Source: Stegostoma tigrinum (lineage: Eukaryota). From it: a DNA stretch of 64,000 bases. The position numbers and the translations under genes are program-made. Below, piece after piece: positions 38,547 to 51,600 of this stretch. Each line of letters begins with the position of its first letter. Within the stretch, counting starts at the first letter, position 1. The notes below the pieces were generated by a model. That model ran no database searches, was not told the DNA's origin, and saw nothing but the letters and a program-made list of their open reading frames with translations. The stretch covers positions 79,468,835 through 79,532,834 of the forward strand of contig NC_081356.1 in assembly GCF_030684315.1 (NCBI RefSeq). The letters run 5' to 3'.

Positions 38547-39245
38547 TGATGCCAGCAGACATCCTCAATTTTTCCAGTTATTTCCCTTTGCAACCCTAAG
38601 ATCTTTACTCCCACAAGCCAAAAAAGCCGTTGGCTCACTAATATTTTTGGTAGGCAGCTTATGCTTTAAACTATAAAACTGAATTTATTTTAGTTTTAAC
38701 ACAGCCAAAAAGCCTACTCACTGAAATATGTAATATTGTCCCTTAATTAGACATTCAGAATTCCCAGAAGCAATCTGAAAATGATTATTAGCTCCTGAGG
38801 GTTTGCCTTTGTTCTTTCTCATTCCTAGAAGTGCCTGAACTTTCCTTCGTTATCAGACATTTTTCCTGGTGTTTCGCTCTGAGGCAAGCGAGGTGAATCT
38901 TACTGCTTGATTTCTAATCCCCAGAAATTTGATCATTCCAATTTGAGCGTGTTCTTTACCATATTCCCGCACGGTGATCCTTAGAGACGTTTGGCTTTTA
39001 GCTCTCTCCTCTGCATCCTGACAGACAACGTGTCTCTGAGTCACAGGTACAATCCTAGCCACTTGTCACAGAATCCTAGAATTCCTACGGTGCAGTAAAT
39101 TCCTAGAATCATGTTTGGGACCATTCTCACTTTGGTGATATAAGCAGTTTACTAATTTCATTAATTCACTTATTGCATATTTCTGTAAGTGTAGTCATGC
39201 ATGCAATAAAATTTAAGTAATAAAACATAAATTATTTTTGAGCAG

Positions 39246-39370
39246 CGGTAAGACTGCATTTCAACTAAACCCCCGAGACCAATCCATAGAGCTTCCACGG
39301 CCTGATCAGAATGTGAAAAGAACTCGCAGCAAAACGTACCCTAAACGAACAATTCATTCTCCGCAGTCAG
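39246..39370 (+). CDS. EPB41L4A: EPB41L4A coding exon (FERM-adjacent region)
   Basis: cag| ... |gtaagt; (S)GKTAFQLNPRDQSIELPRPDQNVKRTRSKTYPKRTIHSPQS; LPRPDQNV.R.RSKTYPKR matches recalled human protein; phase 2 to 1. Confidence 0.94.
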
Positions 39371-39954
39371 GTAAGTGACTTAGTCATAATCCAGTGACTA
39401 CAGCTGGAGCATATTTCAGCTCCTATTCACTGGCTATCAGAATTGTTTAAAGCTTTGTGATGTTTAGTTTCAGCGTACTCTAAATATACAAAACGGCTTC
39501 TCCACCATCCTGTCCTACCTTATCTGCAGGTAGCCAGAATATATTGTTCAAATCATTATAGGTGGACTGTCAGGTTTAAATTTCTGAATGATTGTGTGGT
39601 TTTTGGAACATGCTGCACTGTACACTAGGTCACATACAAAATATTTGAGACGTTACACTGTGACAACATAATAGTCTCTCTTTTGTGCTATTTACTGAAA
39701 CAAAATTGAAATAAATCCTCAAATTTTTGCTCCCAGTGCAGAAATTTACCTTCTGGGAAAATATTTTAGCAATTTATTTGTGTGTCTCCTTCAATTTTGA
39801 GTCTTAAAAAAAATTAATGGATGTAAATTCATGAGGGCATGTCCCTGTATTGCTGGCATGAAAGTTGGTAGGTGATTTATAATGCATGACAAAAAGCAAC
39901 CACTGCACGATAGGGAATGTAACACTTGTCTAACAGGAATCCATATAATGATGA

Positions 39955-40690
39955 AGGAATCATACAATGTAGAAGAGGCCCTTTGACCCATCATGTCTGT
40001 CCTGCCAAAGCTGCACTAAATCTACACTAGCCCCACATCCAAGCACTAGACCCATAGCCTTGAACATGATGACATTTCAAATGCTCAACCAAGTACTTTT
40101 CAGAGGTGATGACGTTCCCCACCTCTGTTACCATCCCACTTCAGATTCCCACCACCCACTGGGTGAAAGCATATTTTCGTAAATCCCGTCTAATCCCTCT
40201 ACCTTTTATCTAAAAATTATGCTCCCTTGTTACTAACCCTTCAACTAAGGTGAACAGCTGCTCTCTGTTCATTCTGTCCAGGCCCTGATAATATTACACA
40301 CCTCTGTCAGGCCCCCACACCCCATCTCCATAAACCTCTCTTAAGGACACCATCCCAGCTTATCCAGAGATAGTAAGATCCAGACTCTCTTTATTGCTTA
40401 ACTGCTGTAGTCCAGCCGTAGACAACTCCATTGTCAATCTACCCTTATAACTATTGGCTCTGTTGTCAATCAGAAATCTATGTAAGTTTCCTCTGCGTCT
40501 GCTCCAATGCAATCACATTCTTCCTATTATGTGGTGACCGGAACTGCTGACAGTACTCCAGCTGTGACCTAACCAAAATCCTTTCCAGCTCCAGCATGAC
40601 CTCCTTGCTTTAACAATCTGTGCCTCAACTGATAAAACCAAGCATCCATGATGTCTTCCTAACTACTCTATTGAATTATCCTTTGAACTT
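39955..40690 (-). mobile_element. CR1 3' fragment
   Basis: Collinear with 8233-8950 (cactaaatctacacta, ccatagccttgaa, gggtgaaa..atttt). Confidence 0.75.
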
Positions 40691-40708
40691 TGAATTTGCT
40701 ACAGCTCA

Positions 40709-40821
40709 GAGATAATGGGAACTGCAGATGTTGGAGAATCCGAGATAACAAAGTGTGGAGCTGGATGAACATAGCAGGCCAAGCAGCATCTTAGGAGCAC
40801 AAAAGCTGATGTTTCAGGCCT
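40709..40821 (-). mobile_element. PLE family A tail, truncated inside the hammerhead
   Basis: gagataatgggaactgcagatg...gctgatgtttcaggcct; no inverted arm, no clear TSD. Confidence 0.85.
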
Positions 40822-41269
40822 TTCAGGGATCTTTCTGTTTCTCTGAGCTTCTGAAATGATATTTAAAGAGCTGAGTAGCAATGTAGAAGTTTAATAGTTT
40901 ATCTGGGCTTAAATAACGGATTAGTTTGCTTCCACAAAATAGTGTGATCGGAACACAGCTAGAATTAATAGCTGCAGCCTAGTTTTCTTTCTTGCATTGA
41001 TGTTCATGAGCATTTTCACCCTGTTGCTTTGACAAAGGCTTGCTCTCTTAATAATTAGGATATTCATTTAAGCCTTGAGGGAAAAATAAAATGGAACGTG
41101 TGACAGACAGCAGTTTTTTTTTAGGAATTTCTTAGGATGGTTTTATAATGTTGGCCACCCAACAACTGCACATACAAATTTCTCAGTCAAAGCTGCAGTG
41201 TTACATATTTGATCATTCTGGGTAGTCAGTATTTGCATCAGACTGTATTATTAGCCAGTTACCTGTGAC

Positions 41270-41985
41270 AGCCTGCTCCATCAATCGGTAAGATCATGAC
41301 AGATCTGACTGTGTCCTCAACTCCAAGGTCTATCTACCCTTAATGGCTCTGTTGCCAATCAGAAGTCTATTTAAGTGAACCATAAAAATATTCAATGACC
41401 CTGTCTCTACTGCTCTGTGGAGAAGGCTCAGAGAAAAGAAATGCTCCTCAGCTTCACCTCACTCGGAGAGCACTTAATTTAAAACTATGTCCCTCGTTCT
41501 ACTATCTCCAACAAGGAGATCCTGTTACCATCACTCTGTCCCTTCTCGATCTTGTGAACTTCAAAAAGATCATCTCTAATTCTTCTAAACTTCAATGAAT
41601 ATAGGCCCAACTTTTCCTCATAAGACAATGCCTTTCTGCCAGTAATGATCCAAGTGAATCTTCTCTGCACTGCTTTTAATGCTATTATATCCTTTCTCAA
41701 ATTTTTTAAGAAAAGAAACGGTACATAATACCTAAGATGTGGACTCACCATTACCCGAGATGACTGAAGCAAGTTACTCTTACTGATTTTCTCCATTCCC
41801 TCCCAATAAACAACAACATTCAATTTGGCTCCTTCATGACTCACTGAAACAAATGTTATATAATTCAGACAACAGAATGCTCAGTAGCCTCTGTGTCCCA
41901 GAGCTATACTCTCTCAGTCCAGTTGAATAATATGTTGCTTTTCTATTCTTCATGTCAAAATGATTGAATACATATTTTTCCATAC
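41270..41985 (-). mobile_element. Decayed CR1 3' fragment
   Basis: Minus ORF 41485..41844 LRKDIIALKAVQRRFT..LSYEEKLGLYSLKFRRIRDDL. Confidence 0.8.
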
Positions 41986-42963
41986 CAGAATAGTCACAAT
42001 TTTGTTAATGAATGATAATATTCTTTGTTGGCCATGGCTATGTTGATCAGATGTGTGCATTTTTGTTTTGTTTTTTTTGCGGGGAGAAAAAGTTTAGAAA
42101 AACACATTTGCACATGATGTCGTAGATGGCTTGCTGTAGTAATGTGAACTATACTATAGCTTGTTTCCACCTTTTATTGATGACAACCAATGAACACATT
42201 GCATTAAGCAACATTGCTGTTTTAAAAATTAGAGTTCTCTCTCTCAAATCAAAAACGAGGACTCCTTTTCTCTTGAGAATCAGTGGAATCTCTTCTCCAT
42301 AGAGCAGTGGATGCTGGTGGATGAATGTATTCAAGACCTGAATTAGATAGCAAATGTAAAGGCGTGGAGGCTAAGGGTTATGGGGTGGGGGAAGGGTCAT
42401 GCAGTGAAGCAGAATTATTATCACATTCAGATCAGCCATAACATTATCGAATAGAAAAATGATTTGAAGGATCAAATGCTCTAAACACTGTACTAAGTGC
42501 CATGTTCATACTTAATTCCTGCTTGATTATTAGAAAGATCACAGAAGAGAACTAATCTGATATGTATTCTTTGAATGTTTTTAGAGACAAAGAAACAAAA
42601 TTAACAGTTCCATTTTCACTTAGTTTTAGCCATATCAGTACCATTTAGTGTTTACAGTGCCACTTTAAAATTTTTTGTGGGTCGCACTAGCCAGTGGGAA
42701 ATAACCTAGGCAGAGATTTATACATACCTTTCCCACGAGGTGAAGGTTTGAACTCACTTAATGGAAAGTAGAACACACCCATGTCTCAATTTATGTTTGT
42801 TTTCTGACCTTTTTTTTTCTTGTTTGAGACTTTGTGAAACAAATCAATTGATTCAAAATGAACTGATCGTTAAGCAATTTCACGATTAGCCATTTTAACC
42901 ATTTCTTAAATATTAAACATTTAGCACTTGTATAAGTCTTGACTTGTGACATTGTTACCATAG

Positions 42964-43054
42964 GACCTAACAGTGTCAGTCGCAGTCATATCAAAACAGA
43001 CCGTACGGAATATGATGGCACCACCAAGATTCTTGCACCTTCACCAGTGAAAAG
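42964..43054 (+). CDS. EPB41L4A: EPB41L4A coding exon
   Basis: catag| ... |gtaaac; (G)PNSVSRSHIKTDRTEYDGTTKILAPSPVK(S), cf. human EGTIKIIAPSPVKS; phase 1 to 2. Confidence 0.9.
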
Positions 43055-45127
43055 GTAAACCTGTCTTCTACTCCAAGATTATTGGATAAATCTGTATAAC
43101 AGCACATATTCCGCAACTACAATTCTCAAACATCCAAATCCAAAATCCAAAATTCAGATTCGGATTGAAATACTGAATTAACATTCTCTTTGCTTTTCAA
43201 TTTAGCATTGACATTTCTCAAATGTTGCATTCCTAACTTTTTTTCAGGTTTCTTCAGGGGTTATCTCGAATGTAAACAAAATAAAGCTGTACCAGCTTTA
43301 AGGGTGTTACTCACCGCTCCCATGTTCGAGTGGATAAACACTGAAAGATCTAAATTTTCCAAGTGGAAATCTATATACTGCAGAAATTACTCTCATAAGT
43401 TGTGGTTGTATTCCTGAAAAGCCCAGAAAATGAAACGATTTTAAGTGAACCACAAGTTCCCATAGAAAGCAATGTTCAAGTCAGCATTAGGTTCATTCGA
43501 CCAATTTCAAACCTGGAAAGAAAAACAATGCACAACCCTGTGTATTCCTAAGTGAAATAACTGCAAAAGAAAGTACATCAGTATCTATCAAAGAAATGTA
43601 ATACAGAACATCCTGACCCCAGTACAATACAGTGTTGAAATAATTTATGGAAATATTCTGAACTATCTTTTTGGATTGAATAGCGTCCATCTAGTGGTGG
43701 AGGTTAGTCAGTGCAGGAAGTTCCTAAGTTCATGCACTGACCAACCTCTACCCATAGATGGGGCCGTTTAGTATGAGTTCAGAACAACAGCGGAAGGAAA
43801 TAGTTTTAATGATGAAAAGAGTAGTGTAAGGAAAAATGAATGTAGAGGGAGACAATGAAGGCTAGTAGGGAAGAAGTAAAGCTAGATGGCTGAGTAAGTG
43901 ACAATGAATTTTGGTTCAAGTGGCAATTCTGCCACTTCAAAGGGGGCTGGAGGTGGTTTAACTAAAGTGTACTGCAACAAATAAACATTTCAGAATGAGA
44001 GGTGAATGGGAAAGGATGAAAGTAGGGATCAAAAGGCTGTCCTGTAGTGAGACCAGCAGCAGTCTGACATTATGGACTGTATCGTAATTCAAATGCAGGA
44101 CAAGAAGCTGATTGAGTAGAACTAGTGAATATTTTTAGTTTTTAAAGTAAAAGTAAAGTCTTTAGTTTGTGCTTCGGTCTCTGGGGTTTTTCCCTTTTTC
44201 TTTTAAAAATAGCCAGTTAAGTAGAAGATGGACATTGGTCTCTTTTAAAAATTGTTATGGTGGAGTATAAAGAGCAAGGAATCTTGAGTAATTAATTTAT
44301 AAGTCAAATCGGAATGATAGTGGTGGCATGCTGGTGATATATTGTTGCTGTAGCATGTGGAAGCTGCTGGAGACCAGTGTGATTCAGAGCAAATATATCT
44401 GTCATAAGTGTTACAGTTCAAGGAACTTTTGATTCAAGATGAAGGTTGAGCTATAGACGATCATATCAGGGAGGAAATATATCAGAAATATTACCTGGAC
44501 ACTTTGCTCTAGTGTGCAGTTATAACCCTCACACTTTGGAGTTCAAATTTGATCTGTGATCAGGGACAAGAGGGTGTGACTACAAATGAGGCAGCTATAG
44601 AGACCAAGAGATTGTGTTTGACCAGTCTCTCTCCTGCAATTATCCAACAGTTATGAGGTTTGTGCAAGCTGTGCAGGTGAGAGCAAGGACCGCAGGGAGG
44701 CTGAGCAATCTGTCAACAGCATCTTGGTACAGGGACTCATTCACACAACAGAAGGCAATAGGAATAAAGTTGTGGTAGGGACAGTAGAATTAGGGGAATA
44801 CTTACAGTTCTGTGCAGCCGACAGTGGAAGTTCCAAAGTGTGAGTTATTTGCCTGATGTCAGGGTTAAGGACACCACATCAGGGCTGGAGAACAACCTGG
44901 AGGGGGTGGAAGTAATAATGATATTAATAGGACAAGAAAAGAAGTTCTGCTAAACAATTTGAACATTCGGACCTAAATTAGGTAGCCAAGACTCAAAGGT
45001 AATAATGTCTGGATTACTACCTGAGCCACAGGCAAACTGACATAGGGTCAATATAATCAGGGAATTAAAGGCTGCCCCAAGGATTGGGGTGGATGGAATG
45101 ATGTTCAGTTCATGGGGTGCTACCAGC

Positions 45128-45226
45128 AGCAAAACAAGGTGCTGGAGAAACTCAACAGGCCTGGCAGCATCTGTGCAGAAAAAAGTAACAGTAACGTTCC
45201 AAGTTCAGTAAACTTTGTCTGAACTG
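45128..45226 (-). mobile_element. PLE family B fragment
   Basis: gctggagaaactcaacaggcctggcagcatctgtg...taacgttcc, similar to 14095 left arm. Confidence 0.55.
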
Positions 45227-47258
45227 GCATAGAAAGGACCTACTCAGGTAGGATGGGCTTTGTTTTAACCATGGCAGGGCCAGTACCCAACTGAATCAAA
45301 TAACTAGGGCTGCAGAGAGGCTTTAAATTAATTGGGGGTGGTGGGGCTGATGGGGGAGATTTTGGAAGAGTGGAAATATAGGTTTGCAAATCAAGAGGAT
45401 ATGGCAGAATTATAGGGCAGTTATCAGATGATTACCCAGGGGTGGGACAGGAAATGACAGAGATAGAAATGTAGAAAAGAGCAGTACATAGAGTCAAGGG
45501 CTGGAAAAACAGTTAGATGCCAATATTAATGTCTCTTTCCTTAATGTACGTATTGTTTAGAAGAACATTAAATTAATGGCACAAATAGAGGTCAATAGTT
45601 ATGATCTTACAACCATTACAGAGACATGGTTGCAAAGAGATCAAAGCTTGGAACTAAACATTCCAGGGTATGTAACTCCTTGAAAGGACAAGCAAAGAGT
45701 GGAGGGGTGGCTTTGTAAGTACAGGGTGGAATAGCTACAATAACAAGAGATGGTCTTAGTTCTGAAGGTGTAGAATCCATTTGGGTGGAAGTAAAAAGTA
45801 ACAAGGGGTAGAAGACACTGGCAGGAACATTCTCTCAGTCCTCTAACAGTAACTATACAGTGGGACAGAATAAATTAGGAAATGATGTGAATATGTAAAA
45901 AAGCATCGCATTAATCATTGACTTTAATCTTCATGTAGATTAGAAAAGTCAGATTGGCTTGAGGGAGAATTAATAGCATGTATTCAAGACAGTTTCCTAG
46001 AACAATGTAATGGATTCAACCAGGAATCAGGCTATTTTAGATTTGCTGGTATGTAATACTCAGAGTAAAAGTTTCCCAAGAAAACAGCAACTATAGTATG
46101 GTAGAATTTAGTATTCAGTTTGAGAAGGAGAAACTTGATTCAGAAACAACTGTACTGAAATACAATAAACGTAATTACTAGATAATGAGGGCAGAGCTGG
46201 AAGGAGTAAAATGACAATGGAGTTTAGCAGCAAAAGCATTTGAGGACCAACGGCAGACGTTTAAGAAAATAGTTTATGGCTCACAACAAAGATATATATT
46301 CCAGTGAGAAAGAAGGTTTCTAGAAAGGGGATAAGCCAAGCATGGTTAATGAGGGACGTTAAAGATTGAGGGGGCAAAAAACACACTGTAGCAAAGCTAA
46401 GTGGTAAGCCAAAGGATTGAAGAAGTTTTCTTTTAAATGAACAAATGATGACCAAAAAATAATCAGAGGGAGAATACAAAATTTGAGAGCAAGCTTGTAA
46501 ATAATAGCAAGACAATCAGTAAGAGCTTCTTTAAACACTTAAGAGATGACAGAGGCTGAAGTGAATACAGGTGTCTAGGAGAATCTTACTGAGAAAACAG
46601 TATGGGACATCACGAAATGGCAGATGATTTGAATAAATACTTTACAACAGTTTTCACAATAGGAAAAATGAATAACATTCCAAAATTACTGAATGATAAA
46701 GAGCAAAAATAGGGTGGGGAAATACATAGAATGATCATCATTAGGGAAAAAGCGTTAGCCAAGCTATAGGCTAAAACCTATGTTCCCTGGATCTAAGGGA
46801 ATGCACTCTTGGATATTGAAGGAAGTAGCTACTGAGATGGTGGATGCTCTGGTAGTAATTTCCCAAAAACCTTTGATTTTGGAAAACTACCAGTGTAACA
46901 CTTTATTAAAAAAGGGAAGGAGACAATATCCAGATAATTATGGACTTTATTTGTTTTTGGGAAAATGTTAGTGTCTACTTGAATGGGTGTCATAGTGGAG
47001 CATTTAGAAGTACTGAATATGAACAAACAAAGCCAGCATGGCCGCATGATGGTGTTATCATGCCTGATAACATTACTAGAATATTTTGAGGAATTAACAA
47101 GCCGGATGGATATAGTTGAGACAATACATGTAATATGTTTGAATTACAGAAGTAATTTGATAAGGTACCACATATTAGGTTACTTAATAAGATTAGAGCC
47201 CATAGTGTTGGAGGTAGTTTGGATAGATGATCGGCTAACGAATGGCGGAGAGAGCAAG

Positions 47259-47395
47259 GTTCTGAGGAAGGGTCACAGCGCCTGAAACTTTAACTCTGAT
47301 TTTTCTTCACAGATGCTGTCAGACCTGCTGAACTTTTCCAGCAACTTCTGTTTTTGTTCCTGTTTTATGGTATCCGCAGTTCTTTACGCTTTTAA
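47259..47395 (+). mobile_element. PLE family B copy starting at a degenerate hammerhead
   Basis: gtt-ctgagga agggtcacagcgcct gaaac ttta, then ttcacagatgctgtcagacctgctgaacttttccagcaac and ccgcagttct tail. Confidence 0.7.
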
Positions 47396-47414
47396 TGACA
47401 GATAAAGATTTGGT

Positions 47415-47709
47415 ATTAGATTAGATTCCCTACAATGTGGAAACAGGCCCTTTGACCCAACAAGTCCACTCAGACCCATCCTCCCATAACCCACACACCC
47501 CTGAATACTATGGGCAATTTAGCATGGCCGATCCACCTAGCCTGCACATCTTTGGACTGTGGGAGGAAACCGGAGCACCCAGAGAAAACCCATGCAGACA
47601 TGAGGAGAATTTGCAAACTCCACACAGACAGTTACCAGAGGCTGGCATTGAACCCAGGTCCCTGACACTGTGAGGCTGCAGTGCTAGCCACTGAGCCACC
47701 GTGCCGCCC
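47415..47709 (-). mobile_element. Well-preserved HE1-like V-SINE
   Basis: Minus strand GGGCGGCACGGTGGCTCAGTGGCTAGCACTGCAGCCTCACAG head, V-domain, (TCTAA)n tail. Confidence 0.88.
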
Positions 47710-49622
47710 ATGGGGGTATATTTTCAGTATAGTAACTTGGAACTAGTGTAGTGCCACAGGGATCAGTGCTGGGACCACATTCTCAATATATATTGATGAC
47801 TTGAGTGAAGAAAGTGAATGTATTGTACCCAATTAATGGATGAAATGAAGATAGGTGGGAGCACTAGTGGTGAGAATGACACCAGGGATATAGACAGATT
47901 AACTGAATTGGCAAAAACTTGGTAGATAGTATACAATATGGGAAAATGTGAAGTTATGCACTTTGGCAGGAAGAATAGAGGAGCTGAATATTATTTAAAT
48001 AGAAGACTGCAGAACGCTACACTACATAGGGAATTGATAGTCCCATGTAAATCACAAAAAGCTAGTTAGCACAAAGGTTCAGCAGATAATAGGGAAGGCA
48101 AGTGGGATGTTGGCTTTTATTTCAAAGAGGATGGAGTGTAAAAATTGGGAACTTTTTCAAAAACTATACAAGGCTCTAATTTGACCATACCTAGAATACT
48201 GCAAAAAGTTTTGGCCCTCTTATCTGAGGGAAGATATACTATCATTGGAGGCAGTCCAGACGATATTCACTAGGTTATAGATTTATAGAGTCATACAGCA
48301 CAGAAACAGACCCTTCAGTCCAATATGTTCATGCCAACCAGACATCCCAATCTGACCTAGTCCCATTTGCTGGCATTTGGCCATCCTCTCCTAAACCCTT
48401 ACTATTCATATACCCAAGATGCCTTTTAAATGTTACATTCTTAGGAGACTTGACAGGGTAGGTGCTGAGAGGTTGTTACCTCTTATGGGAAAGTTTAAGA
48501 TCAGAGGGCATTATCTTAGAGTAAGGGATCATCAAGTTAGGACAGAGATGACGAGGAATTTCTTCTCTGAGGACATTGAATCTCTGAAATTCTTTACCAC
48601 AGAGGCTTGAGGTTGTGTTGTTAAGGTTGAGACAGACAAATTTTTAATCTGTAAGGTAATCAAGGAATATGGGAGTTGAGGCTTATTAGATCAGCCATGA
48701 TCTCTTTGAGTATTGCAGTGGATATTAACCAGTGACAAGGAGTTTCCAAAGTGGACAATCATTTTTGTTAGTGAGTGATTAGTGAATGGCCTACATTTTA
48801 TTGTCATAGGTGGGGTTGGGGCAAGCTGGAATGAAGGGCTGGGACAAAGACAGAGGGATGCACTGCCAGGTGAAAGGAGGAAGCAAGGATAGTGCCCTGG
48901 CATTGTCTCCATCCCTGAATCAAGCACCTACCTGCCTGCCACCCCTGCCAGAACATGCCCACCCTGACCCAAGCAACGTAAAGCAAATCACAGCACTCCC
49001 ATCCCTTCAAACTGACAACAGCAGTCCCACCCTCTGACCTAAGCACAGTAGGTTCACCCCCAAAATGTCGGCAGGCACGTGTCCCTGACCCAAACGCACA
49101 AGGTGCCATCCTTTTCAATTTGAGCGCAGCAGTGCCACCCCCTCCCAATCCAGGCACAGCAACCCAACATCCTGCACCCCACTAGCCAAGCCCAGCAGCC
49201 TGGATCTGATCACTGTTGTCATTGGTTATTGGACCTTTATGTCCTTCTGTAACCCTCTCCTTTCTGGAATCAATGAAATTACACAATATTTCTCCTTGGT
49301 GTAAAGCAGATTGAAGGGAACATTAAAAGTGGAATGCAACATGAGTGTAGATTTATATAAGGTAGAGAAAAGCACTTCCTCTGCCTAATGGTACTCAGAC
49401 AAGAAGAGATAAGTTTAAGGTTTGGGCATGAGGGAATGTAAGGAAGAGCTTTACCTAGTAATGACCCTGAACACACTGCCCATGAATCTGCTGATACTGA
49501 GATGATCCGCAATTTTAAAGAAAAAATGGATGGTCTTTGAAAGAAGTAGACTTGCAGGATAGCAGGGGAAAATTCAATTTCTGTATGGATGGTCAGAATA
49601 GAGTCAGCAGGCTGTATGGCAT

Positions 49623-49753
49623 GAGATAGTAGGAACTGCCGATGCTGGAGAATCTGAGATAACACGGTGTGAAGCTGGATGAACACAGCAGGCCAAGCAG
49701 CATCAGAGAAGCAGGAAAGCTTGATGTTTTGGGTCGGGACCCTTCATCAGAAA
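49623..49753 (-). mobile_element. PLE family A variant tail ending just beyond the hammerhead
   Basis: gagatagtaggaactgccgatgctgg...gggtcgggacccttcatcagaaaa; short flanking atggcat duplication. Confidence 0.85.
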
Positions 49754-51284
49754 AGAATGGCATCCTTTGTTGACATAAATGACCGTGATTTTTCACATTA
49801 GTGTTATTGGAAATGGATTGATGTTTGTCTTATTGTAAATCTGTCATTACAAGTTGTGAACATCCCTTTCATTCCAAGACCTTCCCAGCCAATGTGCTAG
49901 CACACTGTCTGTAATTATGGCCGTCTCAATACTAATAAAATATATATAGCTTGTAATGTTATTAAAATAAATAAATGTGAGATAATTAATATGAATGAAA
50001 ATATATAGTCAGTAATATTATGAAATACATGAATATTAGATAAATAAGAACATAATCCAAATTCTTTAGTGCTGGTCGTCTTTGTTTCATTCCATCGTAA
50101 CAGCCATTTTAGATTATATGTTGGGCCAAAGTCAAGAAGATGCGTCAAATCTTTAAAAGTATTACCGATGTAACAGATAACCAAGTGAGCTTTAGCATAA
50201 ACATTTGACTGTTACATGAGCAAGTAGGCAAGTACCATTTAATTCGTATTGGGATGGTTGGGGTGGTTCTTAATCCCATAATCTATGACTCAGAGGTGAG
50301 TATGCCATCACTGCACATAGGCCAATAGTAGTATGTGCAGTTACTTTTAAATATCTTATTTCAATGCTGAACTCAAGGCACAGTTGCACCCACAACTTAC
50401 CCTTATTTAGTGAATAGATTTTATATCTCTTCATGTGGCTTGAACCATTTTTCAAGACCATCAATTATTGCCGGAATCAAGTTTTTGAAGCGAGCAGACA
50501 GACTGCTGGATCAGACGATTCATTTGATGCTGAAAGGAAGGAAGGAAATACCTAACGATTGCTGTACATTGCTTTGAATATTCTCCAAGCATCTCTCACT
50601 GCAATGTGAGTGGTAGTCAGCCTGGGCCAGACTGTTACCACTCCTGGCTGAAGGATGATGCTGCATGGAAGCGAATAGACAATGTATGGGATAATAATGG
50701 TATTTAAACAGAATCCAGATTAAATTTAACAATTAAGGATACAAATTATTCCAAGTTTCTACATGCAAACTTGCCCTCAGTACAATCTAGTAAATTAAAT
50801 TTGCTGTGATAATGAAAGAATAAAGCTGCAACAATACAAATACAGTATCAGAAGATATGTTATTACTTTCAGTAGCTGCAGAACATCAATCAATGTGAAT
50901 CTCTGAGCACATGACTCAGCTGGAAGTGCCACGATTAGTCATTTACAATAGGAATGACTTGGAGTCCAGTCTTCCTATTTGATGGAGTTTAAATATGGTG
51001 GTTACAGAATAAATGATGGTTACAGAATAACCTGAATGATCACATGCGTTGTTTTGGTTTTATTTTTCTGTAAACAGGCTAGTGAACTCAACAGAGTGAG
51101 ACAAAGGCTTTACGTTGCCTATAAGTTGATGTCCTGTGGCATTGCACACGCAGTCATCTGAAGTGTAGCCTTCAAATAAAACAGGGTTAGGTAAGAAGAA
51201 AAAAATGACCCAGGGTGCACAGGAGCAGGACATTAAAAAAAAATTCTCAGCGAGTTTATGGCAGAAAGATCAGCATTTTTCTTT

Positions 51285-51600
51285 AATCTCTCAAAAGTGC
51301 GTTATCACCCATCCACTGTGTTCCTCACTATTATGAAATCTTCAAATCTTAACACATTGGATATAAATGCATCTTACAAAGATATTGAAGTGTGTTTATT
51401 GCAGGATGACAAGCCATTATGGTTGGTTCTTGCAACAGCTTAGACAAAATACTCCAACACTGGGACAGGAACCTTTGCTCTACTTTTCAGAATAAGAGAG
51501 CTAGATATGTTCTTATCTGGCAAGTATTTCAAAGTTCGTATCAACCACCAACCATTAGAAATAATCTCTCATAAACTTCTCAGAAGTGTGCCTCACAATG
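51285..51600 (+). mobile_element. Ancient Ty3/Gypsy pol (RNase H) remnant
   Basis: LDINASYKDIEVCLLQDDKPL (cf. DAS..G.GA.L.Q...P) then FLSGKYFKVRINHQPLE (cf. L.G..F...TDHKPL). Confidence 0.6.

Larger units (their letters stand above)
44320..48720 (+). mobile_element. Near full-length, heavily decayed CR1 LINE with nested inserts
   Basis: In order: ORF1 Cys motif (CCCSMWKL...ICHKC), esterase (~44770 VVVG, LPDVRVKD), APE (~45600 YDL..ITETWL), RT (CLITLLEYFEELTSRMD; gtgccacagggatcagtgctgggacc), 3' UTR. Confidence 0.8.

Noticed and set aside
47660-47709. tRNA-like A/B boxes (also 2688, 11777, 24271)
   Set aside because: They are SINE heads joined to V or Deu domains; no full cloverleaf.
50470-50740. 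Possible Rex/Babar-type LINE 3' remnant on minus strand (SFLP..IK motif)
   Set aside because: Too degenerate to support.
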